A DNA stretch of 64,000 bases from Octopus sinensis (Eukaryota). The stretch's first letter is position 1; each line of letters begins with the position of its first letter. The stretch is from NCBI RefSeq assembly GCF_006345805.1, contig NC_042998.1, positions 71,176,001 to 71,240,000 of the forward strand, in the 5' to 3' direction. Below are positions 1-13,997 of the stretch, one piece after another. The notes under the pieces were generated by a model, which saw only the letters and a list, made by a program, of their open reading frames with translations, searched no databases and had not been told where the DNA came from. Position numbers and translations under genes: made by a program.

Positions 1-108
1 ACTGTACGAATGACAAGTCATCAGCTTATGAAACATATTACTATGAAATCATATGATACCTCAGATGTATTTTATATGTAGTGTCTACCACATAGAATAC
101 TGTGTGTA

Positions 109-111
<3 letters not shown>

Positions 112-146
<35 letters not shown>

Positions 147-211
147 AAGAGAGAGAGAGAGAGAGAGAGAGACAAAGAAAGAGAGAGAAAAAGCGAGAGT
201 TAAGTAAATAA

Positions 212-281
<70 letters not shown>

Positions 282-282
282 G
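112..282. repeat. Compound microsatellite (GA)n-(TA)n-(CA)n
   Basis: Directly visible dinucleotide arrays; they generate the 72..269 and 85..267 ORFs. Confidence 0.95.
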
Positions 283-726
283 ACATGTATGTATACTTTA
301 AATTTTACAAGTGGGTTGGTAGTGATTTAGAAATTTCGACTTGTTTGCTGTCATCAGTCTGAGGTTTATTTTGGTTCTTTCTGGCTTTACATAGGTCTCA
401 GCGAGTTTTTTTTTGGGGTGGGTGGGGTGGTAATGCGAATGAAAATTATGTGAGGATAGAGTAACAGGTAGTGGTTGCACAATAAATGTAAAATAAAGAA
501 CGATATGAGGAAACTATGTGTTTGCTTCTTACGGGAGAAAAAGTTGACCCTTGGTCTCTGGTTGAAACTAAAATAAAACATATTGAAATTTGTAAACGGC
601 AGGTAATCCCGTCAGTGATATTCATAAAGTGGAATTGATGTTAGGATTATTAAATAAACAGAAAACAACATTGTGATATGTAGCATGCTGATTGCATATT
701 TAGAGAATATATATATAGAGTGAATG

Positions 727-1011
727 TGTGCGGGTTATTGGTTAGGGTATTCTCTCCTCAATTATAAGGTCGCAAATTCAAGTCCCGACGACGCGTTTTC
801 TCCTTGACGTTGCACCAACTGACGAAAATGACTAGTGCCTGAATTTCAAAGGGTTAGCTTCGTCTCACTCTGTGTCACATTGAATCTACCTGAGCACTAT
901 GTTAACTGCACACGGGTTTGTGGAGTGCTCAGTCACATGTTAATTTCACGAGCAGGCTGTTCTGTTGACTGGATCAACTGGAACCCGCGCCGTCGTAACC
1001 GACAGAGTGCC
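727..1011 (+). mobile_element. tRNA-derived SINE, internally deleted copy
   Basis: Degenerate A box (ttattggttaggg) and B box (aattcaagtccc), then a body ending TTCACGAGCAGGCTGTTCTGTTGACTGGATCAACTGGAACCC..GTCGTAACCGACAGAGTGC, recalled as an octopus SINE 3' end. Confidence 0.6.
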
Positions 1012-1175
1012 ATATATAATGAATTCTTTTAGGAATACAAAATGTCAGACATACGTAGAACTTGCATGCGATAAATTTTTAAGAAATACAAAGACTTACA
1101 ATGTAGGTGACTAAATATATCACACGTAATGTATATGTTGAAAATAATATATCCTGCATTACATATGTGAGGACA

Positions 1176-1320
1176 AGACATCTGGCTCAATTGTTAGGGA
1201 CCTCTCCTCCCGATCAAGTATCGAAGGCTTGATTCCCGTTGCTGAAGGGGCATTGAGCGTTCGGGAAACTCATTTTACTTTGTGTTACTCTAGTTAACTC
1301 AGTTCAACTAGAGTGAACCC
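1176..1320 (+). mobile_element. Degenerate tRNA-derived SINE head
   Basis: tggctcaattgttaggg (A box), ggcttgattccc (B box), then CATTTTACTTTGTGTTACTCTAGTTAACTCAG, similar to the central domain of the 3518 and 42305 SINEs. Confidence 0.45.
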
Positions 1321-1596
1321 ATTAACGGACTGCCGTCCAGTTTAGTCGTACTGCAAGTGTTAACGTTACGGTCAATAATACGCTGCAGGAACCTTCGATA
1401 GATTCCGGCTTATATAAGTCGTAAAAACTTTTTTGTTTAAATATGTAAAATGTAAGTAAATATATCAATGGCGGTGTTCCAACATGGCCACAGTCATTGC
1501 ACTGAAACATATAAGAGGATAAGAGAATATCCCACTTCACATATGTCAATCTTTCATTAACATGTAAAGCTTCCATCCAGTGCCTTTTGGTATGTA

Positions 1597-1597
<1 letters not shown>

Positions 1598-1686
<89 letters not shown>
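1598..1686. repeat. (TCTA)n tetranucleotide array
   Basis: Directly visible. Confidence 0.95.
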
Positions 1687-1687
<1 letters not shown>

Positions 1688-2029
1688 ATTATTTTAACAT
1701 TTGAAGTTAATCATATTGTACTTGAAGGTCGATGTCATTATTAATAATATAATGTGGTCGTTTCAATCGACTGTAATGCTTTTGCGGCCCTGCATCGAGA
1801 AAGAATCTGACCTCCATTGGAGTTGAACACCGAAATGAGACAAAAATAGCTGAAGAAACAACGAGATTGCTGATCTTAACAGCGTAAATATTCTGATACC
1901 TGACTCAAGCTTGAATCGAAAAATCCATGGTAGCCTCCCATGGTAAGAGTTAATGTCATATGTATTTTACATAGTCATGATTTCAATGTTTGCTGAATAC
2001 AAATATCAGCAGTAACAACGAATTTATAA

Positions 2030-2185
2030 TCGTCGTCGTCGTCGCCGCTTTCCGCGTCGTCGTCGTCCTCGACAATGCAGTCATCATCATCAACATCGCC
2101 TCCACCACCACCACCACCACCACCACCACCACCACCACCACCACCACCACCACCACCACCATCGACATCATCATCAACATCGTCA
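2030..2185. repeat. (CGT)n/(CAT)n/(CAC)n trinucleotide arrays
   Basis: Directly visible; source of the poly-G/V/T/P ORFs at 1975-2284. Confidence 0.9.
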
Positions 2186-3517
2186 ATACCAAAAGGAGTT
2201 GAAGAAAGAAACATTTTTCACAAAGGTAATCGGATATCTAGCAATTTGAAGGGTATCTTACGTCTTTCACATGAATCGCATTAAAGTTGAAAGAAAAATA
2301 ACAAAATGACTTAAAGATAGTTAGATATAGACGGGAAAAAATATAAGGAAAAAGAAAAAGTATGAGAAAGAAAAAAGAAGTAGAGAAAGAATAAGACAAA
2401 GCCAAATATCATTAGCAGTAGTTTGAAATCTGCTCAGTAACAGGAAATTTACTATTCTCAGATTACAGTGTTTTTGTTAAACTGATTTATGATGAATTGA
2501 TGAAGTAAGGAAAAATGTTATATAAAACATGTAGTGGAAGAAATCCCATCTTATGCCTGAAGACTAAACATATCTAAGTAATGGTATAGCTAAAAAAAAA
2601 AGGCAAAAAAAAAATCAATCCCACCGAAATATATGGCCTCGACAATAGTAAACGGCTAATGGTAAAAATAACAGGAGAAAATCAGCTTATTTAAATCTGA
2701 TTTAACCAATGCAAGGCTGATTAGACGATAAAACCCGGTGATGATGATGATGACGATGATGATGATGATAATGGTGGTGGTGCTCATGATAGTGATGATG
2801 GAGTTAAACATATTCTCGCTGTTGTTCATGCTTTTACTGTTACTACTGAGATGATGATGATGATGATGATTGTGGTAATGAGGATGATGATGATTGTGGT
2901 GGTGGTAGTATTTGTGGTAATGTTGATGGTGGTGATGATTGCAATGCATATTTCTGATTGAGAATGAACAACACAGAGAAATACAGTTGTGCGTGTACAA
3001 ACGATATGCATCAATATTATTGGATATTATGTGATGAATATATAACAGATCTACTAGGAGGTGTATTAGCACGTCTGCACGTTGTTCATCAAAAGGTTTT
3101 ATCATAATACTGTATGTGAAAATAGGAGATTATGAAAAGTATTATGTCGCATAGAATTGAAGTTGCTCAAAATCTCTATAGAAATGCAGTAGGCATATCA
3201 AACGTCAATTTTAATGCAGCAAATTGCAGTTTCATAAGTTATTTTACATGGTAATTTTGATGTGTATTGACTTAATACATTGAAGGTGAATGTTGCTGTT
3301 GTGGCTCTATTTGATGATATTTTACGCAAATTTAGCTTTGACTGAGAAAACTTATCATGAACGGCTGTTCAACTATGATAAATCATTTGTTCTCACCTGC
3401 ACTTAAAATACTTAAAAATACATATATCGACATGTCCTTCCATCGTGATTTTCAAGAGATGTGTTCACTCCGTTGGTTATTCTAGTTGCAATATGAAATA
3501 AATAAAATAAATACGCC

Positions 3518-3745
3518 TTTTTTAAAGTCTAGCCAGGCTCATGGGCCGGGTTTCCCGGTTTCTATGGCGTATGTGTTCCCCAGTCCATCCCAGCGTTACT
3601 CATTTTTGCCAGTTGAGTGGACTGGAGCACACGTGAAATGAAGTGTTTTGCTCAAGAACACAACGCGTCACCCGGTCCAGGAATCGAAACCACAATCTTA
3701 CGATCATGGTGCTGACATCCTAACCACTAAGCCACGCGCATCCAC
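3518..3745 (-). mobile_element. tRNA-derived SINE
   Basis: Reverse complement begins GTGGATGCGCGTGGCTTAGTGGTTAGG (A box)...GGTTTCGATTCCTGG (B box), then TTGTGTTCTTGAGCAAAACACTTCATTTCAC..CTCCAGTCCACTCAACTGG, ending AGAAACCGGGAAACCCGGCCCATGAGCC. Same family as 32375. Confidence 0.8.
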
Positions 3746-5680
3746 GGTTGCAATATAGCAGGCCTCTTTTTCTTTATAAGGGTGAAAGTCGTTGTTTGCT
3801 GTGGAATACTGCCTGCCTTTCAATTTTAAATCACTTCAGCGAAAAGCTTTACAATTCTGTAAAACAAGCTCTACGAAAAGTGAGACCACGTATACCAAGA
3901 GATCGAACTCGTTTCACGAGAAGTTTCGATGATTCCAAACCCTGCAAATTAGGTTTGCTGTGAATTTTGGGTAAACTCAGGAATAAATTCTCCTCAATTT
4001 TATTTTGGCAAAGAAATAGCGATCTTTTTCAGCTTCAATGGATTTAACATTTAGGTATAACCATCATCATTAATCTTTTGTGGCATCACATTTGACTGGA
4101 CTAAAGAAAAGTAGTTCCTGGCAGAAAGAAATTGAAGATGCAATCTAGTTTGAAAATGAAATTCAAAATGCCCCCATCATCAATTTGTCAACATAAAATT
4201 AGTGGTTATATAATTGAGTAACTTCTTTATCTCCTAATAGAGAAATATTAAACACTACTATAATTACCCACTTATTAGAAATGATAGAATCAATGTAGGA
4301 ATTCATATGCGACATACCCGCATAGTTCAACTATTATAAATATATCTGTCCTGTTTATCCTGCATGTAGCATAGCTTTCAATTTGATATAAGATTTGGCG
4401 TATGTGATGAGAAAGTTATTCTCCAAGCATACCAGTGTCAAAACGTCTATTGTAAATATCATCTTCACTTACTTGGAGTGCATAGTAATTGAAATATTGC
4501 AATACAGCAAATGTCAAATCTAATCGCCAGAATAGAACTGACGCAACATCACGTACTTACCGACAACTGTCTTAAAAACGCTCTTGTGTACAAAGCAAAA
4601 ATAACAATTGGAGAGAGATTTGAGAAGAGAAGCAAGATTATTTAATTAAATCCAGATATACGCAGCACACTCGTTTATACTGACTTTTAGATCGAATCAA
4701 TGCTACCTCTCTATACACGAGAAGGATTATAGAATGAACTTTCTTTTAAATTTGGGGGCTTTTGGAGCCATAATGCCATAGTTCAGTGGACTGTAGAAAA
4801 GAAATATATGCGTTGCAAGAGAGTAAAAGCGCTTTATTCGACGCTTCATTGTCTTATATAGAATTCATTTTTGTGTGTGTGTGGTGGTATATGAATCAAC
4901 TACAAGTCAATAAGTTCAGCTGCAGACAGGGAAAGTACGCCCATAAACAGATCATGTCCCGTAGGTAGCCTGAAACATTATGCTTTCATCCCTGTATATG
5001 AATAAATTGCATTTATGGAAACCGTCAACCTTTCCATTCCATAAAAGACGAATGGCAACTTCGGTAACCTCACCTCACCATTCGGTAAATGACGGCCATT
5101 AAACATATTTTTACACACACGCCTCACCCATAAACAGCCATCTCCACTGCCAGTCAGTATATCTAATTACCTGTCAACAACCTTTTAACATTGGGGCATT
5201 AGCAGATCTTTTTACATCGTCAGATATTATCCGGTGTACTCTCTGTTGGCTCTCTACGTGTTGACGGCGATAATTGCAAAGGCATCGACACCAAGCTGCA
5301 TCGACCTTGCCACTTGCTTGGATATCATCGTGTCATGGAGAGAGGAATTTTGCATGTATGGGTCATAGACTGGATTTCATAAAGTTCTTAAACTACGCTT
5401 TCGCTTTGAAGAGAAGCATCTTAATTGCGGCTGTTGAAACAACAGAGGCCATAATGATTCCGTAGGTGCATAAAACCAAGCGTACTATATACATATATAA
5501 AAATATACACCCATATATATATATATTAATAGTTATCGCCAAGCTAATATGGCAGTCCAGAAATATAGGACGAATGCTGCCGTTGATTAGCTCCAAGAGG
5601 CCATCGCATCTAGCTAGCTATGTGACACACAAATCTATGACCATTATAACATTCGAACAGAGGAGGTCAGACGCTTTCCC

Positions 5681-5980
5681 TTGCTAGTCAGGCATCTGCA
5701 GACTACTTTCAGGGTATTTGCCTCTTATCAATGCAGAGCAGCCGAACCCATCTGGCGTCGCTACCGACCGTCTGTTCGAAGGAACGTTTACCTAAATTCA
5801 GTGGAATACATCCACTGGTTTTCAAAAATAATGATATAAATATTTCTAAGTCTCTCTAACGGAGACTACGGCAGCATTACTGGATTTTAATAGTCAGTAG
5901 CGACGCCTGCTGGGTTCGGTTTTTCTGCATTGATAAGGGGCAAATACTCTGAAACTAGTCTGCAGATGCCTGACCAACAA
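5681..5980. mobile_element. MITE-like foldback element with ~82-88 bp terminal inverted repeats
   Basis: 5687-5768 and 5893-5974 are reverse complements with 9 mismatches in 82 nt by manual alignment. No clear TSD. Confidence 0.75.
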
Positions 5981-7399
5981 TTTGAATGAAATTGGTTGTG
6001 TAGTTCTAAAGTTTTAGGGAAACACACAGATAGACACACATTCTCAGTTTTATATATATAAATATAGATGATAAAACCGATCCTTACGTCCCTAGAAAAC
6101 CCCGAATTATGCTTAAGGGCCATAAATCTAACTTTCTAATTGACTCCTCTATTTGTCACTCTAAATCAGATATAGGGATTATTAATAAGAAAAAATCATT
6201 GATGGGGTATTACCCGCCCTTAAGTCTAAAATTAAATTGGCCTTCTGGTCAGATACCGAAGAGATAGTTTGATGATTTAAGCTTCTAGAAATTAGCAACA
6301 ACAATGAATTTTTGCAATTAAACATACAGAATTATTAGGCCACTATTAACCCGATCGTCCTCAATAAAGACCTGATTTATAGTATGAAAAATTCAAATTT
6401 GTCCTTGCGCAAAATGGATATAATACTAGCGGCGGAAACCAATTTAGTAGATTTGTATGGTAGATAATGGAGTAGGTCTGTTCTTCATATGATCGTAATT
6501 CTTTCTGCAATAATACAATTCTTGTAATATGAAATAATCTCTAAATCTAATAATCTTCAATCAGAAACAGAGATTAAACCAAGTTGAAATTGTACAATGT
6601 ATTGAAATAGCCTAATCTTTTGTCATCGTATTTGTGAAGCAAAAGCACTTGGTTCAGCTCCATGTTAACCAATGCCATTTCTGTGTTTTTGTCAAAATAT
6701 AGGCTTAAAATGATACATTTTTAATTTGTGGTTGGTAGAGATTTAATTGATTAATAGCTCCAAAGTTTATTTAAAAAGTACGTGGTAGTAAAATGTTTAT
6801 GGTAGAAAAATGGTAGTAAAGCGGTGAGTGGTAGGGTTTCTATGAGGTAAAACATTTTGTTACAAATAACAGCCATTGTTTTCCAAACAATTCTTTTCCA
6901 TGGAGACACCTTAAGTAATGCAATCTAGAGTGCGTTAAAAACCTAACAAAAAGCCATATTGTCCCGACTGGAAAGCTTTACGCCTTAGAAGAATTGTTTA
7001 AAGTCGGGCATAATTTAGGATAAACACCAACAAATACATTAGGTAGTAACTGATCGTTCTATCATTTCAAAACGCCTGTAGCAGACCTTGGAACTGAACT
7101 CACAACATATGAATCGATGTAACCAATCTCACACGTCATACAATTTCTACTTTGGCTTCATTCATGATGCACATATTGCAAAAATATCTAAATGAAAAAC
7201 AACAATATACATCGGAAGATTTTCAAAGAAGAAACGGGTAAAGAAAGTTGAAAGAACTCGAAGCTTCTGTCATTTCTTCCGACAGAGATCAGAGGGCAAC
7301 AAGGAGGTTTCTAGGACTGAACATTTGCTTTGTGTTAACTTTCTGTTGATACACTGACATTACTGAATAGAACACAAAGCATTAAACTTTCAAATAAAC

Positions 7400-7740
7400 A
7401 CACACACACACACACACACATGTACGCAAACAAACAAACGCACGTGCGCACACCTACACACAAACACACACAAACACACACGCACAAATACGCATACGCA
7501 CGCACATACAACAAATCTTGAATATCTTATTTTATCACAAGTCATAGTGATTCTGCATATGTGTGTAAACGTCTTGTGTATATATGTCTTATACATACAT
7601 ATAATATATGTGTGTATGATATATGAATATATATATAGATATATGTGATGTATATATATATGATGTATATATATATATATATATAATGGTCGTGTATATA
7701 TATATATATATATTATATATATATATATATATGGTCGTGT

Positions 7741-7780
<40 letters not shown>

Positions 7781-7810
7781 ATATATGTATACATATGTGT
7801 GTGTGTATGG
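7400..7810. repeat. (CA)n/(TA)n-rich compound microsatellite
   Basis: Directly visible. Confidence 0.9.
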
Positions 7811-9904
7811 GGAAAAAGCCACATCTTCGTGTGTTTAAAGTTTATCTGTTAAGACACGATACAATGTCAGCGGTGTCATTCTTGTACAAACGTTACACAA
7901 CCTACATTCAACGGTCATATAACCTAGGTCAACGTTCCTCTCTTACTATTTTATGGCTTCGAGAATCGAATGACCTTTTTCCTTTCATGTCTGTTTAGGT
8001 TAAACAAAATGGAACTACCTGACGCAAATAACAACAATACATTGTTCTCTGTAGTACAGCGTTGTGTGCATATGTAAGTGTATGATGGTGATTTGAGCAT
8101 GCGCGAGCACGTGTTTGTATGTTAAAAATTCTATGAGCGTGTGAGTATGTGTTTGGGTGTGGGTGAGTATGCGAAGGTGTAAGTGCGTGTGTGTGTGTGT
8201 GTGTGTGAATGTATGTGCAGAATAGTGTATACTTGTGTGAGTGCGTGAGTGTGTATCTGAGTGTGTGTGCGCACTCGCGTCATATATGCCTATTGATGAC
8301 GGAAATGTGTGTTAGCGAAATACGTTTATATACATATATCGAAACACCCACATATCATACATTTTCATAAGTAATATAAATATGTAATTATTTAATTAAT
8401 TAAACGTTAAATGTATTACCAAATCACAGTGAACCTACTGCATGAATCTCGTTCATAAGTGGCGAGACAACATCAATTGTGTGGTGATATCTCACAAATA
8501 CTATTAACAACGAATAGGTCTAAGGGGCTTGGATCCTTTAAAATATGAATTCAACTTCTCCATCTACCTTTTACACCTTTTGTATACCTGATGTACTATC
8601 CTCTGCCGGCCCCAAATTTTTCGAGATGATACTTCGTAATAACGTAAAATTACGCTCAGTCCATTCCAAATTAATATTGAAGTTATAGTTAAAATGATAA
8701 ATGACCACCAGTAAATAGTTATAACCATATCAATGCTGGTGTGTAGCTCAGTGTGTTTGACATAAAGTGTGGCTAATCATTCTCAATGCAGAAGTTTTAT
8801 ACAGCAACGCAAAAATGCCTTGTGCACCAATGCGAAAATTCAAATTGATAGATACATGTAAGATATTTTCTAATATTAATGCACAACATATTTCCTAGCG
8901 GTGGACGAAAGGCTTTCTCACTCGAATAATTTTTGAAAGGAAGCCGTCTTATATGTAACCTGACCTTAATAGTTCTATGTAATTCTCTGTTGGATTTTTC
9001 TATAAAGGTAATTAAGATGGCTGAAGACATTCATTTCTAATACAACTCCGTCTCAACTATATTGAAAATATACCTCTCAGAGTAACCACCCTCTAAACAA
9101 TGAGCTACCAACCTTCAAAGACTTCTTTAACTACTTCGATATCTGATCTCGATGCATTGTCATTTATCTTAATACTATGACACTTAATACAAGACTTATA
9201 GAGGTCAATAAGTCCTTGTAACCTTCAAATATTTCATCTCCTCTCTCAACTTTAGATAATATAAAAAACAGATTTTGCTTCATCATAAACTATAGTTTTA
9301 ATCAAATTAATTCGTTTTGATCATTTCTCCCAGCCAAAATGGCAATAACATCTCTTTAGGCATTAGATTATGGCGAAAATAACTGAATTGTGTCACACGT
9401 ACTTTTGCATCTTTTGCATCTTCTTACATTGTTTTTACTATGCATTAATCATAATATTTTTATAGCCGACGGAGACAATTTATAGCCCTACAAACTCTAA
9501 TCAGTCTGTCAGTACCTTTCATTTATTGAATAGCTATCATTTTATCCTTTGACGTTACAGCTTAGCGTGATTCTTCACTTGGAACTTGGATTCATTAATT
9601 TCCTTTTAACTGTTATGACGGCTCTAAAAAAATATTATACAGTAACCTCGCTTTTAATGAATAAAATACCAGCGCTGCTTAGTATTAATATTAGATTTAA
9701 AAATAATCCTTGAAGTATTTAAATATCTTTTTCTGGTTAGCAAATGAATAATTACAATATAAAAAGCAACATTTCAAAATAAAGGAAATTTACAGACACT
9801 TCATGAAGAATATATTCATGTCCACTTTCATCGGCAAATGTATGGAATATTTCGGCTAGTTTTTAAAGCTTCACCGTCATTCGGTGGAATAAATTGCGGC
9901 AAAG

Positions 9905-10032
<128 letters not shown>

Positions 10033-10406
10033 CTGTCGATGTATACACTCAGGGACGCAACAGGAAGACTAATGTTATCAACTTGTCCTACCACCCAGTT
10101 ACAGTGTTTAAATCGTTAAATACCCTCCAAATAGATTACCCGGTCTTGCAGTGGCATTCTCCAGAGGAAGAGGCACACTACCAAATGCAGACTGTTTGCA
10201 GAAGCAGCGGTGTAAGCCTTGTGCCAGTTGTGCTTCACTCACAATCAAGATTTGGTGAAACAGAATTCGCGGGAACTGTACGTACTTCTTGATTTTGAAA
10301 CCTCCCTGCATAAATTTATGCATACATATACATACGTACATATATGCACACACACACATATACATACATGCATACATACATACATATATATATATATTAT
10401 ATATAT

Positions 10407-10438
<32 letters not shown>

Positions 10439-11392
10439 ATATATATATATATTTACATTATTAAGGTAGATTCTCAGGTGAAAGTCACACACAGCATTCT
10501 GTATTATACTATTATACTGGCGTTGGTAAAAGATTTCAGAGTGTCAAGTAGTCGTTTATGAACAAATACGAGGTTCCTTCGATGTCCCCACGACAGTATA
10601 GTTGTCCAGTACAGTGGTGATTGATAACCAAACGTAGAGGAAGCGTCTGTTAGGTGACTTCATCCGCAGAAGGGCTAATTTCTAAGAAAGTAAACACATT
10701 AGATTTCAACTGCACTATTTATTATTGCTGCTGGGAGTTGGGGAAGGGGGGGTCAACCGTCGTGAAATCAATCGGTCATAAGTCGACGACGACCTGTATG
10801 TGCACATATGTTTATATACATACACACACAAACACACACACACACACACACAACACACACACACACATATATATATATATTTATATATACATATGTATAT
10901 AGTGATCAGTGGATGCGAAACCTCTGCAGCCTTGTGGACACCTCATCACATTCTATATAAAGACAAATTTAATCCATCATCTCGCGGAGGTGGAGAAATG
11001 CTATGGTCAATTGGTCAAACGTTATGAAATTAAAAAAAACCCCGTTAGCAAGGACGGGTTGTTTCACCTGGACTATCGATTAATTGGGAGTCTAGGTCCA
11101 TTTCGTAAGGTATCCTACTAGCCTAATCAGTAAACGGAGATACCCAATTTTGTAGAAGGTAGCGCTTGAAAAGAACACACCGTGTACATATTTCTGTGTA
11201 CATATCATGCAGTTTTCAAGAATTTTGGCTCGCTCAGCGACGTAGATTTTTCAGCGTTTGTTTTCATTAGTATATGGGCCTGGTTGTTCTAAAATCTTGT
11301 ACCTGATATCTGAGGCGTCACACATGGTTACTCAGGGATATAAGGAAACGTCTTTCTGGGACCCTGAAGGACGACAAGTTGTTGGAGAAGCG

Positions 11393-11896
11393 TCACTTGA
11401 AAGGTGTGCTGGTCGATCCGATGTATCTACTGGGTATGTTCTCATTCCTGGTGTATCTCTGTTTGGCTCTGGACCTGGGGATTTTCTTGGTGCTATTGGT
11501 GTTGCTGGGGCTCCTATCATTATGGCGCAATGGTCTGGAAGTGCTGGTATATCTGTTATTACCGCGGTTGTTGTCGGTGTGGTGGCCCTGCCTGGCAGTA
11601 GGATTAACGCTGTTTCTGCCGGCAGTGGTATGAGTGCCGCTGCTTGTTACTTCCTCTTTGTCACTGAAAATGATCTGGTCATCCTCTCTAGCCGTAGTGT
11701 TGGATCTGGTGTCACTGGTTACCTCCTCAGTGTCCTTGGCACCGTACTGGTTGTCCTTTCTGACTGTGGTGTTGGTACTGGGTTCGTTGGTGTCAGAGCT
11801 GGTGTTTCTGTCACTGTCGCTGCCTCCGGTGCCATCATCGTTGTTGATCCTGTAGGTTCCAGTTCTAGAAGTGCCACGACATCCACGGAGGCCTTC
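11393..11896 (-). other. Unidentified low-complexity S/T/D/N-rich reading frame (167 stop-free codons, no ATG), in phase with the 230-aa plus-strand ORF 11258..11950
   Basis: Manual translation TGTYRINNDDGTGGSDSDRNTSSD...IGSTSTPFK*; it contains an internal ~24-aa duplication. Confidence 0.35.
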
Positions 11897-13555
11897 TTAG
11901 GTGATTGTACATGGGTGAAAAGTCCGCTGCTTTCAAATTCATCTCCATGATTAGAATAAACCATGTGACAGATACTATGCAGCCAGCAGCAATGCCAGTC
12001 TCCAATCGCTGCCAATCTGTTGTAAAATTTCTAGCTGTAGACCTCATTTCTCCGAAAAGTGGAAGTGGCTCCCATCTGTAATTCGTGTGGCACTGCTTTA
12101 GCTCGATTAAGCCATACCACGTTCAGACTTGTCTTGTTCTGCTTGGTATTCTGGATCGCTTTCTGAATCGAAAAACAATGGTCAACGCATTCAGGGATTC
12201 CAGGGATTCCGGCTATTTGAACATAGTCATCAACATATCCATTATTATGTACATATATTACTTTTCTTGAAAGAATTCCCATAAAGATCTTGCCTTCCAA
12301 ATTCAATAAGGATGTTGGCCTAAACTGTTTTATAGTCTGCATTGGCCTCCTTCGGCCGGTATATGCCTTCTGCCTTACACCAATCCTCTACTAGAATCTC
12401 TTCGCTTCACAACTGTCGGAGCGGAACGATTGCAATATCTATATACTTTATACGAGACGCCATCACATCCTGGGGCACCCTTTGCTCTAGCTTTTCTCAT
12501 AAAATCATTCACCTTTTTCTCTCTGATGTCTCCAATTTGAAATTCAATATGAAGCTCTAAGAGATGCTTTAGCTCAAATAATAAGTGGCAGTGGCTGGTT
12601 ATGGTTTGGATCGCTGAAGGTTCCTTTGATATGAGCATCCAATTCTTTTGTGCACGATAAACTGCCGCTCTTCGGTTTAGTGAACTGGTTGTTAGTAACC
12701 CTGTTAGGAACTGTTCACGAGACCTTTTTGTTTCTTTACTTCGCTCATATCGGCTGATATGCCGTTGCCCATAACGGCGTTTCCTTTTTAAATCTTCGTA
12801 CAGTTGCCCGAGGCCAGGTTTTTCGTCATGCCCCACACGTTTCCATTGCTTTCTTTGGCTGTTCTTTTCCCTCCTCAACTGTTTCATTTTCCTGATCCTT
12901 ATGTTTGTTCCACACTTACATTTCGTTAATCGGGTCCCATATTTCATTCCAAATAATTTCTTTCCTGTATAGTATATTGAGTCTTTCCTGTATAGTATAT
13001 TGAGCTTGTTAACTTTCCCAGTTTCTCCTCAGTATATCCCGTCATTTTCTAAAGAGCTTGACATACCTTGTTCTCAATCTATTCCTATCTTCCTTTCTCA
13101 TTAGCAGCAGGCCAAAGAAAACCTCGTGGGAGTACTGTTTGATGTACCAGTCTCACAACCTTTAGTTTTATGTCGAAAATAGGTTTTTGCTGTAGCATTT
13201 ATCGAATAGCTGAGGTTTGAGTCCGGAGATGATTTGCCACGTGTTTTACAATCAGATGATCAACACTGTCCCGTCCTCTTCATACAAGTCTTTCCTTGAT
13301 GTATCTTCAAGCTTCTCTCGGTTGCAAAGGTCCTATAGCACCTAGTGACGAAAGGTGGTGTTACGGAATTTCCGAATGTGGAAGAAGTTAAAATGCATCA
13401 CTTTGCAAGAGTTTGCAACAGTACGTCGAATAAATGAAAACGCTCCTGGACTGATGCATTGCTTCGAATGGAGAATTCTTTGAAGGCAAACATGTAAAAC
13501 TACATGAATAAAGTAATATTGCGAAATTCTGGTTTCCTTCTTGTACCCCTCTATA
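11870..13555 (-). mobile_element. HERO-clade (restriction-like endonuclease) non-LTR retrotransposon, decayed 5' part through the RT
   Basis: N-terminal zinc-finger-like CYRTFATERSLKIHQGKTC (~13283-13340); ARAKGAPGCDGVSYKVY; QFRPTSLLNLEGKIF...GIPGIPECVDHCFSIQKAIQNTKQNKTSLNVVWL; TTDWQRLETGIAAGCIVSVTWFILIME; degenerate F/YxDD as KKASVDVVALL. Many stops and frameshifts. Confidence 0.8.
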
Positions 13556-13586
13556 CATGTATGTGTATACATACATACATACATAC

Positions 13587-13631
<45 letters not shown>

Positions 13632-13669
13632 ATATAATATATATATATATATATAATATATATATATAT

Positions 13670-13700
<31 letters not shown>

Positions 13701-13962
13701 TCATTTATATATAAATGATACTTTGGTTGGGCCCCAGATTGTTGGGAATGTTTGTGGTATATTGCTTCCGATCATTCAGAGATTACGAAATATGCAAATG
13801 AAAATTGTTACAGAGTAGTGTTATAAGGAAGATGATTATTTGAATATCAGAAAATTTTGCTGAAACTGATTAATAGGATTCTAGGGGGAATGAATCTTAA
13901 ATGTTACTTGATATAATGTAAAGCAACTGGAGAAGGGTTATATCCTACGTATGTATATATAC

Positions 13963-13997
<35 letters not shown>

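Noticed and set aside
11258-11950. 230-aa V/G/S/A-rich plus-strand ORF as a membrane protein gene
   Set aside because: It starts at TTG and its composition is what the antisense of an ACC/AAC/GAC-rich frame produces; kept only as a finding.
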